Assembly: GCA_030248215.1 (NCBI GenBank) | Contig: JASANG010000611.1 | Location: 372,001 to 436,000, forward strand | Origin: Enoplolaimus lenunculus | Taxonomy: Eukaryota | DNA length: 64,000 nucleotides | Direction: 5' to 3' | In this document: positions 26,601 to 41,315 of the stretch, piece by piece | How positions within the stretch are numbered: the first letter of the stretch is position 1 | How the letters are laid out: each line of letters opens with the position of its first letter | The notes under the pieces: generated by a model | Seen by the model: only the letters and a program-made list of their open reading frames with translations | Told to the model about the DNA's origin: nothing | Databases searched by the model: none | Position numbers and translations under genes: made by a program

Positions 26601-29403
26601 ATACATATCGAGCCCTTACACCCACGAACTAATGATTTCCGGCCCTTTTCATAAGAAACAGGCACACAAAGCATTTATTTACCTGTGTGTTTTGAATTCT
26701 TACTGCTCGCGCAGAAATACAGTTAAGACACTCACGACACAACCTCAAGATTTCAAGCTGAGCTTATGGCCTAAATGCACTAACCCAAACAAATGTATCA
26801 CAAAGGTAAAGTTAGAGTAAATATAAATTTATCTATATAAAATTTAAAATCACCAGCACATCATTTTATAACAAAACTATAATTATTAATTAGTTTTAAG
26901 ATAAACGTCCCAAGACCATCCAAAACTATTATTTTTATTGCTGCTAACCAGAGGCCGGAATTTTTACCGGAACCGGGACCTAAGATCCCTGTGCCGCAGC
27001 CAGTACCAGTACTATGTAACTGGGGCCAGCGCACATTTCTGTAAAAATGTATTTTGTTTTGTCAAAATAACGGTTTACTGTTGGACACACGTGATTTCTT
27101 GAATAAAGAAAACGATCGAGATGGCGTCGATACGTTTGGAATAACTTCGTTTGTTCTTATTCCGAGATTATTGTAGAATATACGATTGTTCTTAATTTTC
27201 ATCCTATTCCCATGCGTTACTTTATTCGTTTGAACCAGGCGCGTAGCCAATGTCGAAATCGGTGCTCTGAGGAGCGGTTAAAACCCAAGACACTTTCTGC
27301 GGCTTTTGCAACTGGATTTGATTCTAAAATTACTTCTATTTTCTTGTTCGCAACCTTTTTCATAGTTGCGCCGGAACAGTAAGGGCCAGGAATAGAATCG
27401 CCCTTTCAAACCCACAGACAACTGATACGCCTTCCGTTGATCTTTTGGACCCATTGCGTTCATAGTTCTTAATAAAAAATGTTTATAACATATAACATAA
27501 CCAATTTCATTTTCTCAAGGAAACTTTTTTACAATCCATGAGCAAAACAGAGACAAACTAAACGGAAATTCTTGAAATACTTCTACAAAAATGCTCCCAC
27601 TTTCCTTACCCGTTGGAAAATTGAATCGAGTCAAGTACATATTGTATTTAAAATTTATCCCCAGTTGGTCCGCGGCAAGTTGAGCATTGGCCCCGACTCT
27701 GGAGCATCTGCAATTTTTATTTAGCTTTGAGGACACCGCTGAATGTAGCACATTTCGTCCGATCAATAAATAGTAAATGGTTACAATTAATTTAAGTATA
27801 AGATCTTGGATCTTGCCTATTTGCGCAGAGTGAAGCAACCAAGGGTCCCATGTGCCGCGATATACAAAATGTGCGGACAACTTGTTCTTTCACAAAATGT
27901 TACATTGAACAATCATTGGAGTTCAATTACAGTTTGCAAGCATGTATATATTACGTAACGTAATGAAACTCAGATTGTTAACAAAACGAGCTACTAGCTA
28001 GAGAAAGCTCAAATCAGATCGGTTTAACCTACCTTAGAAATCTTTTGGCCCCATTTAGTATTACTTATACGAACTCCCATTATACCCTCTTTGATTTTTA
28101 GCCCCCGGTTGGCTACAGGCCTGTAACCACAAACCTAAAATTTGGTTCCTAAACATAAAGTACCACGATTCAGAACGACCCACTCAAAGGTGTTGATCAG
28201 TCTTGAGAAGTACTCAATATTTTTAAGCTATTCGACACCTTGCTTATATGTTCATAGCTAGTCAACTTTTTATAAATTCGAGGTTTACGTTACATTAAAT
28301 GCTATGAAAAGATTTTAGTGCGTTCTACTGAAATTTGTTATTTTACAACCACTAAACATGGTTTTATGAGGCATCACATGAGCCTTTAAGAAACGTGACT
28401 TGGCTCAAATCAGAATATACGTATATATTCCCAATCTCTAGGTTGTGTAAGTTGTAAAACTAAGGGTTGCGTTAAATTTGTTTATTAAAAATTGTCACAT
28501 TATGCTACCAAATATATTTAGCCTATATTTTCGTTAGCAACGCATAGTGAAAATTATTTCTTATTTTTGGCATCATTTATAATTAATTTCTGTTCAAAGA
28601 ATCCAAAATAATTAAAGCATCGATTAGTATATTACTTAATTAAGACAAATATTTTAACATGGGCTAAAATCAGATTTTTTCATTTCCCCCAGCTAGTGTT
28701 TATGCACAACTGGTACGGAGTTCACAGTTTCGACATATATTTCTTATTCTTATCATTTCCATCGAGATTGTATATATCCACATACAAATCTGAATTTTTC
28801 GAAAAATTCTGTTTTGAGCTTCTAACGTCACCATTCGAGACCGTAAAGGAATTTATATATATAACAAATTAAAGAACAGCATATCTGCATGTATATATTG
28901 GTATAGTCTGTTAACTGATCGAAACTGCAATTCCAAGTGACAAAATCTTTAAAACGCAATGATGTTAAAGAAATATGTTATTTCACAGATATACCTCAAA
29001 CAATAACAAATCTAAATACTGTGGTAGTTGCCACCAAACTACGATTCTTGCATTATCAACCGCATCCAAGCTAAATAGTAATATTATTATTTGACAAGAT
29101 TACTAGCGTCGTTGTCACATATTTGATAACAACTATTCTCATATCCTGTACATGCCGGAATTGGCTCTAATGGCTGCTTTAAAAGCTCCAATTATAGTGA
29201 AATTTACTGACTAAGACCTCTGGTTACTACCGCCACTGCGCGCTCCGTCCATCTTAACTCGTACATTTAAGATTATAATAGAAATATGAAACCATAGCAA
29301 CCAAACGTTATATATCAACTTGTGCCAGTAAATACAAACCAAAACGAACTATTATTACTGCTCAATGGTCAGGTGAATTTTGCTCCCCCATCACGTAAGG
29401 ATA

Positions 29404-29981
29404 TTTTCCGGTATTTCCCCCAACCAGCGCTTACCTAAAAACTGGCCGGAATTGAAAACTTTTTATATATTTGAGCTTCTTTTGGCCTCTCCTGATCATT
29501 TCACATCAGAATTTGAATTTTTCAAAATTTCGACTTTCCAAGGTCCTTACGTCCCCCCTTGGGAACCAAAATTTTTTTGCCAAAGAGTTAAACAAATTAC
29601 ACATTGTTCGAAACAGTTTGCCGAGCTGAGTCCAATAGTGTTAAATTTACCGCAATAGTTACAGCCAAATACCTGATTTGGCGAGGTGCAGCGATTTGAC
29701 ACCGTGCCAAATCAGTTACTTGGCATAACTCGGTAAAAAATTGCTGGAATAAGGAATGTGCAACAGCTTTCGACTCAGCTGAACATCTGCAAGCTGCATC
29801 AAAAGGTATAATTTGTTTAAGTTTTTGAAAAAATTTTGACCCTGAGACCTTAAAAATCAAATTTTTAAAAAATTCAAACCTGGATGTAAAGTGATCAGGG
29901 GAGGTAATGAGCTCAAATATGCAAAAAATGTTGAAATCCGATCATTTGACCAAACGCTGGCTGTGGGGGATAACGGAAAAA
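29404..29981. mobile_element. Foldback/MITE with ~200-bp imperfect inverted arms
   Basis: TTTTCCGGTATTTCCCCCAACCAGCG...ATATTTGAGCT...CCTGATCATTTCACATC...TTTGAATTTTTT is mirrored by AAAAAATTCAAA...GATGTAAAGTGATCAGG...AGCTCAAATAT...CGCTGGCTGTGGGGGATAACGGAAAA. Confidence 0.8.
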
Positions 29982-31067
29982 ACCACCAAGAAACGGCTAC
30001 TGCGCGAACTTGTCAAGTTTGCTCCTGGTTTAATCCTGAAGACGCCCAGTGCCACCGTTAAAACGTTTTATCCGGTTTAATATTGCATACTCTTAAATTT
30101 TCTATACCTTTATGCACAAGTCATTAGCACAGATCAGCAAACTGAAATAATCAGTGTACTTAAGCAATGCCTAAGTTCAAACCTACCGTGATAGCGGAAT
30201 TTTCCGAATGCAGAATTACCTAACAGCAGTCAAGTAGTCCATTGCTACGCCTTGAGCTTAAACGATTAAATACGTAATAAATCATTTTTAAGTTGTTCTA
30301 GTGATTCAAATGTCAACTGCGTTTGATACGTCTCATACTCGTATAGGTCGTATGAGTAGTTCGTTGCCCTGATTGTCTACATGTGTTAAACACGGTATGG
30401 AAATAAAATGTTTTTTACAAGGTTTAGGTACAAATTTTGTGCACTTAAATTCTGCCAAATTTACGTTCTGACTCTAGACAAGTATTATTGCAGCAACTAG
30501 AATCTGCGTTTTTCTGGCCGCTTTTTTCAATTTTTTAACATCGATATAAATCAGATTTCAGCACATAATTAGGGTAGATCAAGTGTTGACAAAAAGTGTT
30601 TCTCACCACCATCTGTACCGTACTGAAAACTTTGCTCTGCACTAATTGTTCATCAAAAGGTGACAATATGTGCAGCTAAAACTAGCTGGTAAAAATACGG
30701 GCTTGTAGCCAAGGAGAGGCCAGGGGGCTCAAAAAATTTTGAGAAAATTTTCAACCTTGCTTGTAAGTCATTGAAAACCTTGAATGCCCCTCCTGAAAAA
30801 GTTTTAGCCCCCCTAACATTTGTAAGAGCATACGTGATTATATACTGTTTTGATTTCACATTTGACGCTACATGAGAAAATACCTAATCAAATGTACAAA
30901 CAACATTGCTGCAAGCTGAGGCCGGGTTGTATTTTTAATTTCCGCCCACTACTCCGCTTGGGGCCCAGATTCATTGATGGTATACATACTTACATACATA
31001 GCGCATAAAACAATTTTAGATAATACGTTCAACAGCGAGTCGTTTGACCCATAGGTACACTGCGTGC

Positions 31068-31243
31068 ATCTACGACGGTTTGTCCCACCGACAGCTTGTC
31101 AGCGTTACCCGACAGCTGTCTAGGCCGTAAACATAACGTAAACCTAATTCCAAACCTAAACCTAATTATGGGCAACAAACTGTCAAGTCTACAAGATTTC
31201 GGATTACATACATGTCCGCGGTCGGCGAATTGTCGTAACACCG
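31068..31243. mobile_element. Short IR element with an internal CCTAAA motif
   Basis: TACGACGGTTTGTCCCACCGACAG at the left end versus GGTCGGCGAATTGTCGTAACACC at the right end; central AACCTAA repeats. Confidence 0.45.
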
Positions 31244-34200
31244 CGCTGCGTTAAACATTATCTCCACGATTCATACAGAACTATCAAAACAAATACATAT
31301 GCCATGGCTAGTTTTTCAAACTATACACCAAGACTCACTGGCCCCAAAACCCTATTTTAATTATTCTAAAAACATACAAGTGAAGTCGTTTGAGCAGTAA
31401 TAAACCGGTTATAATTTCTTAATAACTAAAACCACCACTCTAGAGCAACCGCCGCCTACCAACACCTAAATATACCGCTCGTACTACAACCACGATAGAA
31501 CCGTTTCTATTTCAATCGGTAGAGCATTCAATATAGCCAGTGTTTGTATAGTCCAATATGTTGAAACTGAAAAAACTTCTGTTTTTGTATTTTACGTGTG
31601 CTACAACACTTGTAAAACGGAACCATATTTCGATTTTGGCTTTATTAATGGCAGTAAACTCGCCCTCAATAAAAGAGACGCATCGACGCTAGCAAAAACC
31701 AAATTGCTGACACATTTTTCCTTCAAGTATATAATCAATTTTTATACCTTAAACATCACACTATAGGACAAATCTCAAAATGAGACCAAGACTCCAGTAA
31801 TACCAATTTAACCCACATTCCTCGACGCTTTGAAGTAAAAATTACTTTAAGCAAAACTACTTTACACCTGTTGGTTATCCTTCTAGTTTGTCATTACGTC
31901 TGTCATCTTCTTGTAGTACTACTTCGCCTCTGATTCCAATTAGCAATTCATCCGGACTCGAAACTTGAGTTTTTAAAATTTGCGATTGGTTACTAGTGCG
32001 GTTATGTTTCACTGGAACATACTTTTCTACATATTTGACATGTAAAAGGTTTGTGATTATGATTTCCGGTATAAATTTGGAGTTCCGATTTCAATATAAT
32101 TCAGTTCCTTATGGCAGCCTGACTACAAATCCAAATTTCGTAGTATGCCTCACTATACAATCCATCTTTTGTATCGTACACGCAAAGAAGGTTGTGGTCT
32201 ATTACCATGCGCACTCCGTTCACACGCATGGACTGAACGTTCCAAGATATGCACAACTTCCGTTCTATATATTTAATGATCCCTGACACCATGTTACTTC
32301 CGGAAACGGACCAATAATAATGGTATCAATAAACTTCGTCGTCCGCTAACTCGTCGACCGGGAACCTGTAATTCGAAATATCGTCTACTCGACAATCCTA
32401 CAATTCATGTAAAAAGTTAAATATGGTGCAAATTATACCTTAAAAGTTTGGCAAGTGTAGATAAATTTTATGTTAGCAAGGCGACGGGAAGAAAGTGTGG
32501 GGTCAACTGGAGACAGGGGTCGGAGTGGGGGAGCTCGAATGTGGGTGAAAGTCGCTTGACCCATCTGCGGCAAAGTACAATGCGAGTAACTTATGTATAT
32601 ACCTCAAAACTTTAATTAGTTTGGAAATCGCATTTGTTTTAAGCTGGAGTTGATATTTTGACTTGATAACTTGCACGTGAACGTGGTATATATGGTATTC
32701 TTGCACAATAGCTCGATAATCAGTAAATTCTACTTCAACATGTCTGGCATCGGGACTAACAAGGCCATCTAAGAACAACATCAGATCTTGATGCACAAAA
32801 TGCATGTATATCAGAGTGTGACCGGATATTCAATTGCCTGATGCCGGATTCGGATATTGAATTTTTACCTGAACCGGACATTAGTTGAAAGTAATGAATC
32901 GAGCAAAAGTATGTTTATTAAATTAACATTGTTAGTATATATTTTTCTTATATTTCAGTTAGTAAAAATCTTTACAGCTTTACTTGCTTGAAACGGTTAT
33001 CGCAGCAAGATGCTAAAGATCTCCATTTGTCAAAAGTAGTTTTATGGTATTTGGAACCATAACCGTAAATATCCGGTATCCAGTAACTCAATACCAGATA
33101 CCAAAACCGGATACTGATATCGGTTTTTGCCACCTATTAAACTGGAACCGGATATCTGGTAGCTAGCATCCGGATATATATATACGTATGTATCACCGGT
33201 TACCTAAAAACTTACAAATAGCAGACTCCTTAAGGCAAAGCTATACTTTTGTGTCCTGTTGCAAACAACAAATTCTGCAAATACAATATTCAAAGTTCAC
33301 TTTATATTTGTCACGACAGTGAAGAACCCGCACCTTGTTTGCAAGATCTCATAATCTAGATATATATTCTTGTTGGTTAAGTTTAATTTAATTTTAACTC
33401 AAATGTGCTGGGACAATCATTACTTTTGCGACTGACAAATAAGTTTTTGGTCCATAGTGGCGCAATGGTCGAATTCTCTAGTGAAGACCATGAACACACC
33501 AGTATAGAATTAAGTAAAAGATATTCGATGTGAAAAATGCAGCGAGAGATAGCTTGACAGCTCCTGAAGTAGTCCGAAATTTCACTTATCAGCCAAGCTA
33601 CATTTAAGCAAACCAAGTGCACAATGAGTAAAAACAAACAAATAAAAAGGGGGTGGAACAATGACAAACTTAAACTTATTTATCCCACTTATGGTAGAAA
33701 ACTTTGAAAACGTAACAATTCAAATCGCTGAAGTTGCACCGGAAACAATTTTAAAATAACATGAATAAAATTTATTTTTAATTTACGTACTAAAATAAAC
33801 AATTTGCGTGCGATTGGGAGAAAACTGGCACACTGGCTGGCCCGTGACCAGCTCACCTTGCTAGGGAGGCTAAAATTTTAAGAGGAACATAGGTACAAGG
33901 ATTTTCAATGACTTAAAGGAAGGTTGACTGTTTTCTAGGGGGACGGCAAAATTCTTTCAGGGCTGAGGCTGAGCCCCCTGGCCTCCCTCTGGATACGGAA
34001 TCGCATACAGGGAGCTAAATAGCAAAACTCCACAAGACCGACAAGTCATCTACTATTTCAAACGTACATCTTACTATGCATGCACCCAAAACAGTTAACA
34101 GCAATTCACATAAGTTTAAACACAATAATCATGCTTAAATATAAACCAAAATTACAGTATCATAAAAGCGACCCAGTTTACTATCTAATCGTCAATCTGT

Positions 34201-37200
34201 TAAGAACTGTTTTAGTTTCATCAAAAAAGCTTTTACTCAAAAAATTTTCAGATACAAAAAACTGTATCCAGAAGCGCTGAGTGCAATATCGGACGAAGAA
34301 ATTTGTGACAAGGGGCCGCGCGATTAACAAGTGCAAGGAAGCCCGCAAGTGAAACGAGTGATAAGCCAAACGAAATTTCAGTACTAAATCTTAGTACAAG
34401 ATTTTGGTTTTGATCCCTGTTTGGGGGTATGGTATGTGTACCCCTTAGATCTAACGATGACTGTGCACTTGTTGGCAAATACGTATACGATGTAGACGCA
34501 TACGTGACAAACGTCGTGCACTTACAGTTGCGCATCACCAAAAAACGTTTTACATTTTCACCCCACGGAGTACGTACTACTCAAAATAATCTTATAAAAA
34601 CACTCAACTACTCCACTGTCATGCAAGCAATGTAGTATCTTTTTTATTGAGAATTAATTATAAAACCCGCCACATCCTAGACAATTTCAATATTATTTTG
34701 TTAAATATAAATTATACTTCGCCTTGTCCAGATTCTGCAAATGGATTGAAAAACGGTTGATTTCAGAGGCGGATCGAGAAAACGAACGGAGCGCACTCAT
34801 CAGAAAATTATAGATACGAAATTGACAAGGTCTCTCTACCGTACAAATTTTCAATTTTGTGCTATTCAAACAAATTGATTTAAATCTGTAACATTAAAAT
34901 TAATGTTCAGCTTCAGCGCCCACATGAGCTCCCTCAGGGTCCTATGCCACCTAATGTAAACAGACATAAATGAAATTATCATGTCTTCATGATATTTTCA
35001 CTGTTTCTATAAAAATTTTTCTCAGTATCTAAAGCGCATAGCAGAACTGTCGGAGCACCATTTTCGAAATTATCTCAATACATTTCAAAAATTTCACGTA
35101 CCACATTTCTAAAAATTCTATATGCCCACCACTGCCGCAAGAAATTTCTATATCTGCCGCCATTGGTTGGTTCTGCGTTCGTAAGTATCGACAACGCAAT
35201 GCAACAGCTATCAGTAAGCCATATCCTACTTACTAATTCACTGTATTTTACAACATCCAAATTTCCATATTTCATAACAAAACAAAAAGTTATAGTTCCA
35301 GGAACAAAATTATCCTTTGCTAATTTTAGATACCGAATAAATGCTGGTCTACTCAAGCTTACCTTTTGAGTAACTATAACGACACATTTTGTGACTTTAA
35401 GCATTATTAAGCTTCACAACCCGCATATGTTATATTTATAAAAGCGCAAGATGTGTTCAAAATGATCGAAGAATTCAAAACCTTGCGCAGTTTCAAGTAT
35501 CCGTGCACAACTATGAACAATTTTCGGTTAGAGGCTACAAATGTAGGAAACTATTTTCTTAACCCCAATGACGCTAAACACTCACAGTCAGATCCAAAAA
35601 CGCAAGCAAAACTAAAACAAACGCTTTTATGCCTGTAGCAAATAGAAATTGTGAAAAGCCTAGTTTGACGAAATTTAAATTGCTAGCAAGGATCGTATGA
35701 ACGTTTGGAATAACGAAACCTTAAAGGCTTAAACACGTTATAATAAATCCAATTCAAGTGGTAACAGCTACACATACTGAACGATAAGAATTGATAAATC
35801 ACACTGACTTGAAAATAAATTAACAAATTTTATTCAACGAAGCGTACCCCATAGACACAATCATGTTATCTACTGCTGAACGAGCATGGTCTACCTGAGT
35901 ATTCAGGATGTATACAGACGTATTAGAAATACAAACTCAACACAATTCTACATGACTGGCCAAGTGTAACTTCTCAGGTAAGCAGGAATGAATGGCAAAT
36001 ATACTATTGCACGACAGTCAATGCATTGTTAAATTCCAGGCAATTTGGGTAGCGAAATTTGGTTGCGAACGTTTGCAGCCGTTTGAATTTTTACATTAAG
36101 AAAATCGAGGTACCAACAAGCTGGTAAGAGATGCTTGGTGTAACCAGCCAGAAGTGAAAGTTACCGAGCTGGAGGACGACAAAATATGCTGAAACCAGAA
36201 ATGAAGTAAAATTTGCCAGTTTAATTGTGCTGAAACTGAAAACAATCAATAGCGAAAACGATTACCCGTTTTAAATATTACAAAATTCTTTTGCGATCTA
36301 AAACCTCTTGTCATATAAAATACTTATATATACTGTGAACAACTTAACGCACACCATATATACGAAATAATACATAATGCTGTGTTTATCAACTACTCTC
36401 GAGCGTCAGACACTAAATTATAGCTAAATCGACATACCGAGCACCTTCCATCACAGAGTCTGGGTTCAAATCATAAGTTGAAATTATACGTCAGATGAAG
36501 TAAGATATTTATATCTTTCAGATTTTTGCAACAAAATGAAAAGAATGCCATGGAACATAGAGATACTAGTGAAAATTCCATAGTCAAAATACGCATTCGT
36601 AGTATATATTTTGGACGTTGGACCTCTAATCGCTTCGTTAAATGTACCGGATAAATCGTTTTTAAGTTTTAATATATAATTATATCGTTTTTGCGTTTCG
36701 ATCACAATCCGATTCAGTAGTTTTTACTATTAGTTAAAACCCGGGATTAAGCAACCTCATGTATGAAAATCTGTGTAAACCAATATCAGCAGTGGAATGC
36801 AGTAATGCAACCGGATTTATAAAAATACCCGAAAAGAAATTAGAAAGTGAATACCGGATGTACTACCGGGATTAGTGAAAACTAACCGGTCAACAAAAAA
36901 TTACGTTTTAGCGGAATGTTAGTGAAAATATTACCGCCACAGACCATACAAATCCATACCACATTTTCTCGCCAATTTCATTTAACATGCGGTATTGAAG
37001 CGCTTGAAAGGTTACATTGCAATCTTGCGTAATTTCATCACGTTCCAAAAAAGACTCCGCTGAGATTCGCAACAGTTTTCCTTGGTTTGTAAGCGAAATT
37101 TCCTATTTTAAGAATGAGTACTTTGTTTTTTCAAGATAATAAAATTGATACTACGACCAACTTACGTCAGATCTCAACTGCTAAATTTACAGGTAGTCAG

Positions 37201-39600
37201 TTATACCATAGTAGGCCAATATCACTTTGAGGGCCGTAACTGTGCAAGCGTATTCCTAGCCAAAGCGTTGAAAATAGTCTAAGCCTAAATAAAAACAGTC
37301 TAAAATCAAAGCCTACTCCTTTAGAATCCCATCAGAAAACGAAACGGCCCTAAATATGACCGCTGAGGCTTACGAATATATTTAAACTGCTGTTGCGGTC
37401 CTCAAAATAACGTTGTCCATATTTGTGTAGCTTGTTGTTCGCGCATAGGTTCTTCTGTCAGTCTGCCTTTGTCTTTATAAAAAATTTTGTAAAAATTGGT
37501 AAGGTAGTTTTCTACTGTTAATTTTATTACCACATTCTCTCATCAGAACAGCAGTTTTACTGTAGAACGGATCCACTATGGGGCCTATGTATAGATTAAA
37601 GCCGTAAAATACTATAAGTATTTACGTATGCTTAAACTTGAGCGGAACGGTAATCCTATATTTACGCCGGTCAATGCATATATGTCGTAACAGTAGTATA
37701 ACATTATAGTTATATACCTAAGCATAAAAAACAAACTAACATTTGTTTCAATACACATATGGTGCTAACATTTCCCACTGTAGTAATAAATTAGCTTTGA
37801 TTTGTACAGATTCTGTGAGGCGCTCGAACATTTCTGCATCGAACTTCGCCACAAACCCGCCGCAAAACTGATACGCTCCAAGCATCTAATCATAGGAATT
37901 AATACTCTGATCCAAACCTATCTCTAAGCTTCACTTATAATAGCTGTAACGCATTAGGGTAGCGCAATACTTTTTAAATTCAATGTCTTCCGGGGCCATC
38001 CGTTGCCATACGTCACCGTGCATCACCGAACGAAAGGCAACGGACGGCGACGCATGACAACCATAGGACCACCCTTAGCGGAAATGTAAACCAATGGCGG
38101 ATCCATGGGGGGCCACCCCGGCCGTGGCCCCCCCAACAGCATCTCGACAAAAATTCCATAGCAATTTTGTGCCAATAGTTCGTGGTTTGTGTATCGGTCA
38201 AAAGTAAGTTTATTACCTGTGAAATTTTGGCCTCCCCCATTTTGAGATCCTGGATCCGCCACTAGCTAGCCTAGAAGCAGCGTCTGTCAGGCTCAAAGAT
38301 GTCAACTTTCATGATGACTTGCACTCAAACACCTATATATTTTGGACTTCAAAATTCTAAAACCAGTAATGCATCATCGATATCAGTATTTTTACCCGTG
38401 GCTCGGTATGCCTTAATGTATTAATCAGTATACTAAAGTTTCATTGCTATTGTCTCTGGGTAAGTATAAATCATAATACACAACGTGACTGCAGCAAAAT
38501 ACATGTACAGGTGAATATTCTAACCATGGCACGCATATTCAAATCAAAACCAGGCCGCGAAAAATTAGTGTAAAGCTCAAATTTACTGCATAAACAGTGC
38601 GGGGCAAAAACGGTCCACTGCTAAATCTATGCATGAACCCTTCACCCTAAGCAAAAAATATTTCGAAGCTTAAAGATACTCAGTAAGAATTTTTTCAATA
38701 ACCCTTTCTCACTGAATATTTGCAATTTATTTCACATGAGATGTAATTTCAAGGTGAGATTCGATCCCCAGTCTCACGGGTGGGAGGCGTTTTGGATGAC
38801 CGCTGAGCTATAGCAGCTTGACGCTCGAGCCCGAGGTGCTCTCAAGTCTTGTGGAGATTTTGCGCTGCGCAGATGTTATAAATGTTAAACACTGCTCACA
38901 GTGTGAGTTTTGCTCGTATAATATTGCATTTAGTTTTAGTTGCTCAAGCATACTCTTTTACAGACCCACCAGAAACCGGGAAGACCCTAAAAGTAACATG
39001 GGCCGCAGTCACGATGCAACTGGAATTCCGGTTTTTCTCAAGATCCGGTATTTTTTCACCGCAGTTTTCCGGTATTTCGCGCTGAATATTTTTCATTCGA
39101 ATTTGTTTCAAAATTTTAGCATTCTAAATCGTGTTTACACATAGAATTTAAATTCTCAATGATGTTCGAGTGAACAGCGAACACCAAATCTCATAAGCAA
39201 TTCGCATTGAAATACCAATTGACTTATTGTGTCCATTGGCTGGAAACAACAGCAATTTAGACTAAGATTTCAAAATTCTGAGCGATCGTGCAATTACTTT
39301 TTGAATTTCCCAAAGCGATGAAACAGCTTCAAAAATGAATTTTTCGATTATTTTTGTTTTCCGGTTCCAATATATATTTTTCCCCTTCCGATTCCCAAAT
39401 TTTATAATTCCGGTTGCACCTTGATTGCAGTCACGCTGAACCAGTGAAAAATCCTGAATTTTTTACCGTCTATAATTTCAATTTCGCATTGCGGAACGCT
39501 TAAACTTGAAACACAATCAGCTCAAAATCAATCCACTAAAAATTTATATAACTCACAATGCAACAGCGAACAAATGAAATACAAATATTACATAATAATA

Positions 39601-39750
39601 GGCCCATGTATATAACAGGGCCTGTTCGCTTCCCTACAGCGCTGTAATACAGTCAGTTGAAGTTTTAGGCTTTAGGAATAGACTCATCCTTACGGTTAGG
39701 CTTAGAAATATGCTTATCTTACTGTTCCGGTCCTGTTCTATACATGGGCC
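39601..39750. mobile_element. TIR element carrying TTAGGC/GCCTAA motifs; family members at 7274-7435, 11245-11408, 37231-37352 and 40020-40128
   Basis: TIRs GGCCCATGTATATAACAGGGCC / GGTCCTGTTCTATACATGGGCC, flanked by TA on both sides. The internal GCATATT(T/C)CTAAGCCTAA is shared across copies. Confidence 0.72.
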
Positions 39751-41315
39751 TAATAGTTTGTATAATGCAAGACACAGTAAAATCTTTACGTGGATAATTA
39801 TTTCGAGGACTCTATAAGCCAACATTTTAAAAATCTCGAAATACAGAAAAAAATGCAACTTGAGAGTGTAAAACACCGGCGCTAAAAATCCCAGAAAAAT
39901 TATAAGTAAAATTGATTTATTTTTTCAAATCATGCGGCTGCGTTATGCAAAGAACATCATAAATTCGCAGGCGTCAGCTGCCAGTGCCAATTCTGATTGT
40001 AAAACGCGTTCCGATTTAACGGGCGTCCAGGTTTCTGGTGGGACCATAAATGAGTAAGTTTAGATTCTAGATTACATTTTTTGCTTAGGTTTAGGCTTAG
40101 GAATGCGCATAATCTACTGTTACGCCTCTTAAAGTAACATTGGCCAATATTTAAATAGAACACATTTGAAGATGATTCAACACCATGCAAACCATAGTAA
40201 GATTAGAAAACAGAAAATAAAAATTGATTTATACAAATCACGATTTTATACAAAGAAAAAATAACTACGCACAAAGTAAGATTTATTCTCTTTTGACTGA
40301 GCTTTGCCACAAAAATTGACTGATGTACTTTCGCACACTATAAGTCACTTCGCAAAATATTCGGTTATTCGTGCAGCGCGCTAGCGTAGTGCAGTAACAA
40401 AACATTTTTTCACATAGAAACTTAAACCATAATAGTAAGACCTAGCAAAACAAACGTTTTCGTCGGTATTCTGTGATAGCCCGTTTATTAGTTTCACATT
40501 GTATACCCACCGAGATTAAACTGGCAATCTTATGTTTTATGATAACACTAATTTGTCGGCCCATGTCAAGTAAAAGGGCCGTCCCACTGAGACAGCAGAG
40601 CTCTAGGAAAATTAAACTTTGGAAAACTTGGGCTTACACCTCAATGTCGCTGCTGTTATTGCGAAATACAATATGATCAATATTAAGTAGCTGAGTAAGG
40701 CAATACAAAAACCTGGCTAAGAGTCAGCGCTGACTGAACCCACCAGAATGGAAACGTTACAATGCAATAGTTATATTTCGTCTTCCGCATTTGTTCAAAA
40801 GTTTAATCTTGAAATCAAGCAATAACTTTGTAGCGCCACGGTAAAATCGCTTTGTCAATGAAATGCGGTGTCTTGGTTGGTGTCCTTCATCCATACTGGT
40901 AAAAATTGCCTGATATGTTCGACAAAATAAAACTCTAAAACATTCGTATGTCAAAAAGCTGCTGTAGAAAATGCTATACCATGAAATCAATTAAGAATGA
41001 AAATAGTCGTCTACAACAATGAAACCAGAAATTTCAAGTTAAAAGAGTGCATACATGCAAAATAAATTGTCTTGAAATTTAATGACTCTTACGTTCTTAA
41101 ATTTCTAAGCATAAATGTCTTGTATTTAAGATATTAATAGCCTTAAACATGTCAGAAATTCGTGTTAAACATTCACTTGGTTGGCTGCACTTGAGGTATT
41201 GCTTTTTGAGCTCTCCTGAGCAACAGTCAGTGTTTCAAATAGCTCACAATGTTGACCACTTAGACGTTGGACTAGGTTTTTAACAGTCAGCATTAACGTA
41301 ACTTACAATTAAAAG

